Shown: positions 1-11,569 of the stretch, piece after piece
Position numbering within the stretch: position 1 is the first letter of the stretch
Layout: every line of letters starts with the position of its first letter
From: Lytechinus pictus
Lineage: Eukaryota
Reading direction: 5' to 3'
DNA length: 64,000 nucleotides
Assembly (NCBI RefSeq): GCF_037042905.1
Contig: NC_087251.1
Location: 1,550,001-1,614,000, forward strand
Translations under genes and position numbers: made by a program
The notes under the pieces: model-generated
What the model was told of the DNA's origin: nothing
Database searches by the model: none
The model's input: the letters and a program-made list of their open reading frames with translations, nothing else

Positions 1-560
1 CGTACTGATACATAAGTTCAATCTAAATGTCAAGAGAACAGTATTCATTAAGAAGAGTGCTTAACGAATAAGAAAAATAAAAACTAATTTAATCATTCCC
101 CATGCGAAAGGATAAGTATATGAAAATACATAGTTAAGATTCGGAAGTGATTATTTTAGAATCACCTTTTTTCAAGTAGTTGATAAAATTCCAGCTTGTG
201 GTGACAGCTAGCTAACTGTTTATTTATAGCTAGATTACAATCACACACAATGCCACATTTAAATTCAATGAAAATAATCTTACCCATACATGATGAGAAG
301 GTATATAGGCTTGCAACAGGGTCATTGTGAGCATCAAGCCACTTTGTATTTCCTTCATGGCTGTAATTAATTATTGCAAAAGAAAAAAAATGAATAGAGA
401 ATTAATGCTGCACAAGTAAGTATGTTCCTCTAATAGAGCATTGTCTTTATACTTAAGCAGAAAAGGTGTCCAGTCATAGGAACATGTGCAAATTCATTAA
501 CAATGCTTGGTTTTCAGCCAAGGTGCAAGTAAAAGAGAAGAAAGAAAAAATGTCACTTGA

Positions 561-1144
561 AGGACAAGTCCACCCCAACAAAAAGTTGATTTGAATAAAA
601 AGAGAAAAATCCAACAAGCATAACACTGAAAATTTCATCAAAATCGGATGTAAAATAAGAAAGTTATGACATTTCAAAGTTTTGCTTAATTTCACAAAAC
701 AGTTATATGTACATCCTGGCTGGTATGCAAATGAGGAGACTATGACGCCATCCACTCACTATTTCTTTTGTATTTTATTACATGAAATATTCTAATTTTC
801 TCCTCATTGTCAAGTGTTACAACGATTGATTCCTCCCTGAACATGTGGAATTAGCATTGTTTAATACTATATGGTTCAGTCAAGTTGGTCCTTCTTGTCG
901 AAACTATAAAAAATGAAATTTTGTATAATTCAAACAATAAAAAACAAAAGAAATAGTGAGTGATGGACATCATCGACTGAGTCACCTAGTTGTGCATATC
1001 ACTGTTTTGTGAAAAATAAGCGAAACTTTAAAATGTCATAACTTTTTTATTTTACATCCGATTTTGATGAAATTTTCAGTGTTATGCTAGTTTGATTTTT
1101 CTCTATTTATTCAAGTCAGCATTTTCCTGGGGTGGACTTGTCCT
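561..1144 (+). mobile_element. Non-autonomous TIR element (MITE) with TTAA target, Kolobok/piggyBac-like; copy 1
   Basis: About 150-bp terminal inverted repeats (AGGACAAGTCCACCCC...GGGGTGGACTTGTCCT). Flanked by TTGA (557-560) and TTAA (1145-1148). Same family at 13369, 50010 and 57936. AG...CT termini with TTAA fit Kolobok better than piggyBac (CC...GG). Confidence 0.85.
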
Positions 1145-2099
1145 TTAAAGAAGAGTGACTGAAGAGAGGACACTGCCATTGATTGGGAGTGTATTCCAGT
1201 TTTTATAGCTTTGTTAGAATAATGTGATTATCTAGATTACAGCACCTGGTAATTCCAGATTTAATATCACCCAGGTAATATTGATATGATTTTGCCAGAT
1301 AATTTTCATTTTTCATGAAGGCTTTCCGATGAGAATTTTCGATATCCTGGCCAATCAATGAGAGCGACAAGTTCCAAATGCAGGCACATAGACAAGCGCA
1401 GCGCAGCGGCACGAATCGCAATATATGGTGACTGGTAAATACGTCTGTAAGGATGGTGACATCATCCAAGGTGGCAACTTACGATGACCAACAAAAGGAT
1501 CGAGGACAAGGATGAAGTATGTTTTGATCATCATTTGAAAGGAATTAGCGGTAACTGTGGTCTAAGGTATGATGGTGGTCCTCAAGTCCGCGCACCTAAC
1601 GATTTGAGTTAAGATTTAACATGAATTTCTTTTTATTTCACAAAATCTTTCAGTTGATAATGTTCCTTACTAATGTTGTAAATCGGATCAAAAATCGGAT
1701 CGGCAGATAAGCTTCTAAAATCGAAATCGAATCGAAAATCGAATCGGCGATGTTTAAAAACAAAGGAATACATCAAAAAAATTTTCGCGGTCGCGCGCAT
1801 CTTCCTGAGAAAGTCACAAAGACGAATGCATTGGAATGGAAGTCGGCAACATGCGGGATCGTTTTGAACATGTTTTAGAAGGGTATTGAGGTGTTACTGC
1901 TTTACAATAAAATGAGTGATTTTTATTAGAAAGATAAACGAATGACGCATCTTCCGAGCAAAGTCGCAAAGGAAAATAAAATGAAAATAATTCACATAGA
2001 TCACAGGTCAATGAACGATCGGCGGGACATCTTTTATAAGTATTTTTACGTTAGGTGCTAGCGATTTAGAATTATTTGAATGATCTCTTGATCTCGTAC

Positions 2100-3100
2100 G
2101 ATGTAAGAGAGTAGCGCAGAGATGTCTGTCAATAATACGACTTTATTAAGTTCACGGCGGGGTCCGCTATCACCACGAGGTTGAAGAGAATATGAATATA
2201 ATCATAAACGGAGTAAGAGAGTACCGCAGTGACCTCCGTCAGTAGTACGATCTTTAAAAGTTCACGGCGACGTCCGCTATCACCACGAGGTTGAAGAGAA
2301 GATGTCTATCATAAACGATGTAAGAGAGTAACGCAACGAGCTCCGTCAGTAGTACGATCTTTAAAAGTTCATGGCGGCGTACGCTATCACCACGAGGTTG
2401 AAGAGAAGATGTCTATCATCATAAACGATGTAAGAGAGTAGCACAGAGATGTCCGTCGATAATACGACCTTTAAAAGTTCACAGCAGCGTCCGCTAGTCC
2501 GCTATCACCACGAGGTTGAAGAGATTAGATGTCTATCATCATAAAAGATGTAAGAGAGTAGCGCAGAGATGTCCGTCGATAATACGACCTTTAACAGTCA
2601 CGGCGGCGTCCGCTATCACCACGAGGTTGAAGAGAAGATGTCTATCATAAACGATGTAAGAGAGTAACGCAACGAGCTCCGTCAGTAGTTCGATCTTTAA
2701 AAGTTCATGGCGGCGTACGCTATCACCACGAGGTTGAAGAGAAGATGTCTATCATCATAAACGATGTAAGAGAGTAGCACAGAGATGTCCGTCGATAATA
2801 CGACCTTTAAAAGTTCACAGCAGCGTCCGCTAGTCCGCTATCACCACGAGGTTGAAGAGATTAGATGTCTATCATCATAAAAGATGTAAGAGAGTAGCGC
2901 AGAGATGTCCGTCGATAATACGACCTTTAACAGTCACGGCGGCGTCCGCTATCACCACGAGGTTGAAGAGAAGATGTCTATCATCATAAACGATGTAAGA
3001 GAGTAGCGCAGTGATCTCTGTCAGTAATACGACCTTTAGAAATTTCACGGCGGCATCCGCTATCACCATGAGTTGGAAGAGAAGATATCTATCCTCGTAA
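2100..3100. repeat. Tandem satellite, 9 units of about 106-120 bp
   Basis: Unit start GATGTAAGAGAGTA (one variant) at about 2100, 2210, 2317, 2427, 2547, 2653, 2763, 2883 and 2992. Shared core CGCTATCACCACGAGGTTGAAGAGA. Confidence 0.95.
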
Positions 3101-4000
3101 ACATCGTCAGAGATAATACCGCGTCTTTCTCCCTCAATAATGCGACCTCTAAATAGCTAGCACCTCAAAAACAATTTTGAAATATGTTCTGAACGATTAC
3201 GCAATGTAACTAGATCTACGCCAATTTTTTATATTCCATTTTTTCCTTCAAGGGGCATGATCGAAGATCGGCAAGTGATCGCCGATTGTGGTGAAATCGA
3301 ATGGAATCGGTTGCCGATTGCAAAATCGGTTACAAGCTTATTCCTTACATCATTTTGAGTTAGTGTGCCAAATATCACATAAAAATTGGAAAGAAATATA
3401 TGATATTCTTGGAAAAAACCTTGGGCAGTCATTTACAGACTAAACAAAAAAATGGTGCCCCATGTCTGTGCACCTATTCACTTTGCACATGATTGGGGGA
3501 TTTTGGTGAGAAAGGCTGTATTTTGAGATTTCCACCATTTTAAATCAGATTTTTTGATGAATATCTATGTATTTCATGTGTAAAAGTTTGTGTTCGTTGC
3601 GCATCTTCTTTTACTAGAATTGCGCAGATACGCGTGTGCGCAGACAAGGGGGACTGCATAGTTCTGAATAGTTTATATTTTCTTGTAAAGTTGGATTTAA
3701 TTTTTTTTGATAATGTGACATTTTAAGTATGTACAAAAAAAGATCTGAAAATCGGCTTTTTGCCAAATGTTAGATCTAACATTAATACTAATACGTTGTC
3801 TTTATGTTAATGCTAATATATTGTCTTTACGTACGGGCTAACAACACTTCAGTACCGTGAGTGGAGCCAATGGCAACGCAGTTCAGCAGAACAACCAAAT
3901 ACAGAGACTGAAGCTTTTGGTCTAAATAAATGCCTATTCTTATTAACTAAGCTAATCAACTTTTTATAATTTTAAAATGAGCGGTACTATTCGGTAAGCT

Positions 4001-4740
4001 TAGCCAGGAGGCTCCTAGAGTGTAAAAATTATTTACTAACGCATGCTTACTCTCCACGGAGCCAGGGATGGGATGTTGCTCTACGCGCACCAATTATTTT
4101 GGAGACAACAATGTTGCTCCAAAATAAGGTTTTGAGCCCAAACTTATGTAAATGGGCTAAAAGTATATTTACCCTCCACAGCGTGTATTTATTCAAATAA
4201 ATCGAGAAAAATGGGAAAAATAATTAAGAGCAGGAGCGTTTACTGCATCGGCCGATTAATATCATGAATCATAGCCTAGGATTCATATTAATCGACCGAT
4301 GCAAGTATTTTACGATTCATGATATTTATCGGCCGATGCAAGTATTAAAAAAATCTAAGTTGGCACTGCTCATGATATTGTCACCCTCTATGCGTCTTGT
4401 AGCTAGGCTACGATAACAAAGACGGCAAGATGGCAACAATAACAGACTAAGTAAATACTCCTCCTCTTAATTATTTTTCTCATTTATCTCGATTTATTTG
4501 AATAAACACACGCACCATTAGTACGTGCGGGGGGGGGGGGGGTAAATATACTTTAGCCACTTAAGTTTGGGCTCAAAACCTTAAAGAAAACGAGTATTTT
4601 GGAGCAACATTGACATTGTTGTCTCCAAAATAATCAGAGCGCGTAGAACATCCCATCCCAGGCTCAGCTCCGTGGAGCATAAGCATATGTAAGTAAATAA
4701 TTTTTACTCTCTAACGTTAGGATTAGGAGCGTCCTGGCTA
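4001..4740. mobile_element. Foldback/long-TIR non-autonomous element with TAG...CTA termini (Academ-like)
   Basis: 4001-4243 is the inverted copy of about 4450-4740 (TAGCCAGGAG...GTCCTGGCTA). Flanks GGTAAGCT (3993-4000) and GGTGAGCT (4741-4748) form an 8-bp TSD with one mismatch. Confidence 0.75.
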
Positions 4741-5252
4741 GGTGAGCTGACATAGTCTTGAGGACTCCATGATGATGTTTTTTTAAATATTTTGACATAT
4801 ACTTCTTCATCATGGAGTAACGACACTCTTCCCATAGACGCATAAGAGACTGACCAAAACAAAGATGGATTTCCTAGGGAAATCCATCTTTTAAGATAAA
4901 AATCACGTAAATGGTGGTGATTTTATTTATTTTTACACCTTCCTACGCCTAATCATGCTAATGCGTATGAAGGTTTCAAAAATTGGTTAATAAAATTGTC
5001 AAAAATTGAAGGTTTCTTACCAGACCGATCTCATGGGTGTAGATCCCTCGATCCGTTTGTCAACAAAGCAAATACAATAGGTCTGACCCTTGAACCGCTT
5101 CGTTATGACTTAGCTATGATTAGCGATGTTACAAAATGCCGATTTGAAGAACAATTTATAGATAAAAATTATTATTTAACAAATACTAAAATGTAATATG
5201 TAATTATAAATAAATATTATAATCACGTATTATAAATAATTATTATTATCAT

Positions 5253-7068
5253 TAGTGCTGCCACCAAACGGATATCCGAACAGTTTCCGCCCGCGTGGAC
5301 GGATAACGGATTTCATTTTTTGGGTTCGGGTATCCGTGGACACTGATTCACCACTTTCCTGTCACAAAAACTCATTAAATTTAGTAAGACTCACCAAAAA
5401 AATTTATAAGTTTTAGTCGCCAATATAATCACCAATATTAATTAATCTTCTTCTGTAATATATTCCCGCCGAAAACCATCGTTTTTATATCAGTTTTAAA
5501 ACATGACCTTATATCAGTTTTGGAGCATGACTGTCCGTGAATGGTGTAAAGTTCCGTTCTGACAACGATAGCGATTTTACTATGGTGTCGCTTAAGATCG
5601 TTTTTCTTTCCCATCTTATGTTTTGATGATTTCAAATGCGTAACTCATCGTCTATTTTCTTACCTCGACTTTCAAAGCGAGTGAAGAATGAAGATAATTT
5701 GAAACCATTTAAGCGTCAAATAAATGTTGATCGGGTTACTCGGGTGTGTCATGTTGTTTCTTGTAATTTATTCATCAAATGCAAAATTAATTCTACTTTT
5801 TCTCACAGCAACTTTGGTTATAAATGAAGATTATTTTTGAAACTATGAAAAGTTGAAAACGTCGAATAAATGTTGATTGCGTGTGTCATGTTGTTTTTGT
5901 GATTTGATAATGGCGGACTTTGTGATGAATGATAATGAGAGTGAAACTGAAATGATTGAATGACGATGATGATGAGTGATGGCTAGTGAAAATGATTTTA
6001 AATGATTATCAAGATTGGTGAAGATGATAGCGATGAATGATGATGAGAATTATGAAAGAATGATAATTGTCAATTGAAAATCTCTTTCATGAATTAATAT
6101 TTAATATATAAATTACAAAACACACATTTCCTTTATTTCAGTTTAAATGGCATATCCACTATAAATTTTGATATCCATCATCACGTAAACAATAATACTT
6201 AAAAGGCGGTATCGTGCCAGAAAGGTTTATGATGTGCGCCCGCCGAGTATGTGGTCGGTTGTGAATCGACGTGTTTTGCAGTAAAACTTACTGGCGATGA
6301 ATGTAAGTGATTAGTTACTGTTACTGTGATTAAATCTTGTCTTGAATCTTTGTTAGAAGTGTGATTGTTTCAGAAGTTGAGAAATGAGAAGCTTGGCTAT
6401 AATTTGGGGAATGGGGAGAAACCCGACATGAAAATGAAAATATTCCAAGTACAATCCCATTTGAAGGTGTAGCGAGTGTAATGTGACCAAATATATATCG
6501 GACGATTCACTCCAGACAGGACAGCACGTGCGTGAGCTGAATGATGTACATGTAGGCCTGTCTGGTTTTAGACTTTTAGTAATAGTAGACTCGCACTTAC
6601 ACTCGCCTCGGTCAAATTCATTGCATCTTATTTCATTCAATCGAACTAAAAAATAAACACACATACTCTTGCAACCATTAAATGGGATCGTAACTAGGCC
6701 CGACTTGTATAACTCAAATAATAGTCATTTACTAATAGCTTACACAGTCATACGATCTACATTTGTAGCCGTAGCCTCACGCTAACTCACATTAGTCAAA
6801 TCCGATTGCAAAACAGATTCAACCCAAAATATTCAGCTTCTCGTAATTTCGTGGTTTTCAGAAATATTTTGACTAGCGCACGCTGACTCTCCCCATCATC
6901 GGATAGGTTCAAAACTCAAATATAACTGAAAATCTTAAATATAACTCAAATAAGTGCAAATGGATATTATTTTTCATATTTCAGGGTAAAATTTCGGATA
7001 CCCTTCCGCCGTCCGGTTTTCAGTGTCGGGTATCCGAATATTGAAATATCCGTTTCAAGTCAGGCCTA
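5253..7068. mobile_element. Nested hAT-like non-autonomous element (8-bp TSD)
   Basis: Perfect TSD ATTATCAT (5245-5252, 7069-7076). Imperfect TIR TAGTGCTG...AAACGGATAT / ATATCCGTTT...CAGGCCTA. Subterminal CGGATA/TATCCG repeats. Confidence 0.8.
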
Positions 7069-7103
7069 ATTATCATAATAATTATTTACAATCACGTATT
7101 ACA

Positions 7104-8509
7104 CAGGGCCTGACCTTTACTTTTTTCTTAGGGAGCCAGCCGGGCTCCTCAAGCACTTTTTTAGGGAGCCCGCATGGGTTTTAAGGAGCCCAAGTTTATC
7201 CCTTTTTTTTGCATAATACTGGTCATTACCTATTAAAATATTAAAGCACACCATCACGATACGTTTTTTGTTTGATAATCATCAGCACCAGTTGTATTTA
7301 TTCAGGGTAAATCAGATTTTGACACCCCAACACACTTAGACACCGGTCACAAACACATAAGTCAATGACTTTTTTTTTTTCATTTTTAATGCCCCCCCCC
7401 TCAAAAAAAAAAAAAAAAAAAAAGGAAATAAATTAAATACATAAACAAAATTGATTTTTTTTCATGCTGAATCATGGATGTGGGTTGGTGTGTGTTTGTG
7501 TGGGTGTGACTGTGCGGTGGACTTGGATATACATGTATATGTTAAAAAAATTAATTCATCATCTAATTTCTACTCCAAATATTGTGTTTATATCAGTACA
7601 AAAACCACACAGGCTAAGTATGTCACATGTAGGCACATGTTACATGTACATGCATGTACCCTAACTTTTCCTGCAGTTCTTTGAAAACGCAGATCTCCAC
7701 GAAAATTGCATTTTTCTATGGGGGAGTCTAAATTTGGTGAAAAAGTATTCATCAATAACTTAAATATATATCACAATGAAGAAACCATCCAACTTTATTG
7801 GTAGTTTAAAAAAAAAAACCTGAAATGTAAACTCTATCTGAAACAGAAAATCACCATCATTGAGGCCTTTACTGACCGAATTGTCCCCCAGAGCTCCGAC
7901 TTGCACAAGTGTCAGTGCGTGCGTGAGTAAAATCCGACGGCCTCCTAAAATCAGATGTTGCCATGTTTGATGATTTACTGTCTGATATTTACCCCCTCCC
8001 TTGAAAAAATGAAACAAAAGATTTTTCAGGAATAATTCACTACCGAGGTAAGTTATTTTGGATGTTAATAGGCGCCCTTTTGACAAGCAGAGCCGAAGTC
8101 TACATGACACAGAATCGTGATATCCCTAAGGGAAATGTGTGCATTGGAAATTACACACGGCGTAAATGATAATGGACCCCTGTACATGCAACTGTTTCTC
8201 GCACCGGTGTAGCCCGATTCTTTTTTCCATAGGTACCATGTGTGTTGAAAAACGTGGTACAGAAAAAAAGACGCAGCTAAGCAATTTGAAACTCGCTATT
8301 TTCGCTATTTTCAAGGTTTTTTATGATTTTGAAAACATAATTTAGACTTATAAAGCATGGATTAGTGTGCTGGTAAGAAATTGCTTTTTTGGTGGCTGGT
8401 ACTAGAAAATCTTAGGGAGCCCACCGGGCTTTTTCAATTACTTTCTAAGGAGCCCGCAGAGGTTTTAGGGAGCCTTTTGCCACCGGGCTCCCGCTAAAAT
8501 CGAGCCCTG
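7104..8509. mobile_element. Nested hAT-like non-autonomous element (6-bp TSD)
   Basis: Termini CAGGGC...GCCCTG. TSD ATTACA (7098-7103, 8510-8515). Subterminal AGGGAGCC/CCGGGCTC motifs clustered at both ends. Confidence 0.75.
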
Positions 8510-9342
8510 ATTACATTTTAGTATTTGTACGTCATAACGAAGCGGTTCAAGGCCAAGCCAGGGTCAGACCTATTGTATTTGCTTTGTTGACAAACGGATC
8601 GAGCCTTCGAGGTATCTACACGAGATCGGTCTGGTAAGAAACCTTCAATTTTTAACATTTTTATTAACCAATTTTTTAAACCTTCTTACGCATTAGGCGT
8701 AGGAAGGTGTAAAAATAAATAAAATCACCACCATTTTACATTTAGGCCTACGTGATTTTTATCTTAAATTTAAAAGATGGATTTCCTAGTCCTAGGCCTA
8801 GGGAAATCCATCTGTTTTGGTTAGTCTCTTATGCGTCTATGGGAAGTGTCAAGACTCCATGATGAAGAAGTATATTTCAAAATATTTAAAAAAACATCAT
8901 CATGAGTCCTCAAGACTAGAGCTGACAACGGTTACTAACGACGCAATTCGACCCGCTACGCCAACGACTACGTGTATACCCGGCCCGAATTTTTTTACTA
9001 GGGTTTACCCAAGTCGAGCGGAGCATGAACATAGAATTGGCCGAAACTCTGGGTGAGCAACACGCCACATGCCGCTGACTGTCTCTTGTTAGAGCAACCA
9101 GAAACAAACCTGAACGAATTCGCACTTGTACAGCGCTTTTAAAATCAAATCCTTTTAAAAATAGTTATGAATACACACTTCGTATGGAACCGTACCTCAT
9201 AATACTTGACTTGTCAACGTTGGAGAGTTCATTCTTTTCACTTTCTACACTCATTTTCGCTAGATGTGGAGCTAAGCTGACAGTGACACGACCGAAAATA
9301 TGCAGAGAGTAAAATATCTCTGTCAAAAGAGGGCGACTCTGT

Positions 9343-10900
9343 GATCCAGAATCAATTCCAGTCTCCACATTTAGACTGGAAGCTAAGAGAATTTCAATAC
9401 AAACTTTTACATAGCATCATATTTTGTAATGACAAACTTTTCCAGTTCGGTAGAATACATTCCAATACATGCTCTTTCTGTAGAAAAGAGATAGAAACAT
9501 ATTATCATGTATTTTTTAACTGTGCTTAAGTGTCTAAGATTTGGACTGAAATAGGAAAGTAACAAATTACATTTTTTTAAATTCCTTGATGTACAATGGC
9601 TTGAAGTATTACTTGGCACGGTGTTAGACACAATATAAAACACAATGCTCTATTAAATCATGTAATAATTTTGGTCAAATATATGATTTACAATAACTGT
9701 AAATTGAGAAGGGTACCTACATGTAAAGAAATATGCAGTGCCATTAAAAGGTCAAAACAGATCGAATATGAAAAGGCAAAAAGCAGGGGCGGATCCAGCT
9801 TTCTCCAATAGGGGGGGGGGGGCAGAAAAATATTTTCATCAACATTTTTCTCGATTGGCCGCTATAATCTGATTTTTTGTTGGCTTTTCAGGGGGTAGTC
9901 CTAACTAAAGACTGAAGTTTTTAGTATATATTAGTTTTTATTGTTATAAACAAGTTAAGGTATCTCATTAGGTCTTGATATATAATGCGAGCGCGAAGCG
10001 CGAGCGAAAATTCTTTGATATTTTATGTCCTAAGAACTGAAGATTCTGAGCAGTTTTTATATTCATGAACAACTAAACAATGCGAGCGCGAAGCGCGAGC
10101 CGAAATTTTATTATAGTAACGTGAAAAGGGACTCAATTAGTGATTAGTGATTTTAGTGATTAATGAAGAGGATACAAGTATCACCAATTTAATAATGAGA
10201 GTGCGAAGCGCGAGCTCAAAATTTTTGATATTCCGACCTGAAAATTGAACAGTCTAAGCGCGATTTTATTTAAATAAAGAACAGGCTGTGTGTCTCAAAC
10301 AATTAAATGCGAGCGCGAAGCACGAGCTTAATTTTTTGATATACTGACATGATAAAGGAGCATTTTGACAAATTTTGGTAAAAAATTTCAAAGAGGATAG
10401 GTATCTCACAAATCAGACAATGCGAGCGCGCAGCGCGAGCTGAAAATTTTGATATACATTAACAATTTGTGTAAATCAAACATAATAATGAAAGCTTGAT
10501 GTGCGAGCTAAAATATTGTGTGCAAATTGATTTCAGAACTGGTTATATTAAGTGTCATTTAATCCTCTTGAATCATTACACAGGCAATGCGAGTGCAAAA
10601 CGCGAGCAAAAATTATTATGTAAAGTCTATTTTCCAATTCTTCCCCTCACCTTTTTCTTGTTTCCTTTCGGGGTCGGGTCGGCCGTTACGAGGCTGTAAA
10701 TTACACATCATGGGTATAATACCTCTTTCTTACTTTTCTTTCTGTTTTTCGTAGTTTCTATCAAGTTAAAGAGTACATTTTTTTCTGCAGGTTGACAAAA
10801 AATAGGGGGGCCGGGGCCGGCTCGGCCCCTCCTGGATCCGCGCCTGAAAAGAAAGGATAAATTCCCGGGATAAATTGACTCTACACCACTCAAAATGGGA
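9343..10900 (+). pseudogene. L1/Tx1-clade LINE ORF2 3' fragment (C-terminal zinc-knuckle region), split by a MITE
   Basis: KLREFQYKLLH...CSFCRKEIETYYHVFFNC is the C-x2-C...H-x4-C motif of the L1/Tx1 ORF2 C-terminus. Contains stops. Interrupted at 9784-10846 and appears to resume at 10847. Confidence 0.75.
9784..10846 (+). mobile_element. hAT-like non-autonomous element with internal spaced GCGAGCGCGAAGCGCGAGC motifs
   Basis: TIR CAGGGGCGGATCCAG...CTGGATCCGCGCCTG. AAAAG on both sides (possible 5-bp TSD, low complexity). About 7 motif copies. Confidence 0.8.
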
Positions 10901-11569
10901 AAAAAAATTCCAGTTGTCGGTTTGAGTCAATTACACTCAAGTGCATATTATTTTTCTTTCTTCAACTTCTTTCTCCCACTGATCCTTACCCATCAATTTG
11001 AATTAAAAAACATCAATATACAATTATCTTGCTACAATGCTCATTTTGCATAAAATGATTTATAATATAGTCTTGGAATAGTAGTATTAAATTCAATATT
11101 ATAAGATTATGATGCCATTATGGGTAAAAGATAAAGTAAATGGGTTTCAGTTTGGCTGCTCTCCCTTCTAATTTTGTTTTGTTTTGTGTTGTTGTTTTGT
11201 TTTTGTGTGTGTTTTATATACAAAATCTTCAATCAGATTGTTGTATATACACTTTCTAAGTATAAACGTACAGACTCATTTTTTTGTATTGTCTTACAAA
11301 ATATGGAGATATAAATATATATATTTTTTTATTATGGGATAGCCTATTCACATCTTTATTAAACATTTATTTTATATATTAATTTTATTATTTGCTCAGA
11401 ACTTAAAAAGTCGTTATGTTTGGATTTTTTAATCATACAATACCGCATTATTTTACAGTACATACAAGTGAAAATAACTGTTTTCTTTGTTTGTATTATT
11501 GGTTATGATAATCTTTGTTAAAAAATGTTTATCACATGGGTATAATATTTCATTTGGTATATTGCTGTA

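Larger units (their letters stand above)
4753..8918. mobile_element. Long-TIR foldback element, AcademH-like non-autonomous, with two nested insertions
   Basis: About 410-445-bp inverted arms (4753-5197 vs 8510-8918). Termini TAGTCTTGAGGACTC...GAGTCCTCAAGACTA. Perfect 9-bp TSD GAGCTGACA at 4744-4752 and 8919-8927. No ORF. Confidence 0.85.

Noticed and set aside
474..755. 93-aa ORF and the similar ORF at 50013-50201
   Set aside because: Both translate the TIR of the same non-coding MITE.
2100..3100. CRISPR array or repetitive protein (ORF 2875-3069)
   Set aside because: Whole units are repeated with no unique spacers, and most unit lengths are not multiples of three.
3978..4000. ATGAGCGGTACTATTCG/GTAAG as a short first exon
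   Set aside because: The donor-like sequence coincides with a TSD and I found no downstream exons.
5900..6070. GAT/GAA-rich tract that could encode an acidic transposase segment
   Set aside because: Stops are frequent and there are no transposase motifs; low-complexity filler in a non-autonomous element.
9980..10610. CRISPR-like repeat-spacer appearance
   Set aside because: Repeats are degenerate, spacers are long and mutually similar, the array sits inside a TIR element in animal DNA, and there are no cas genes.
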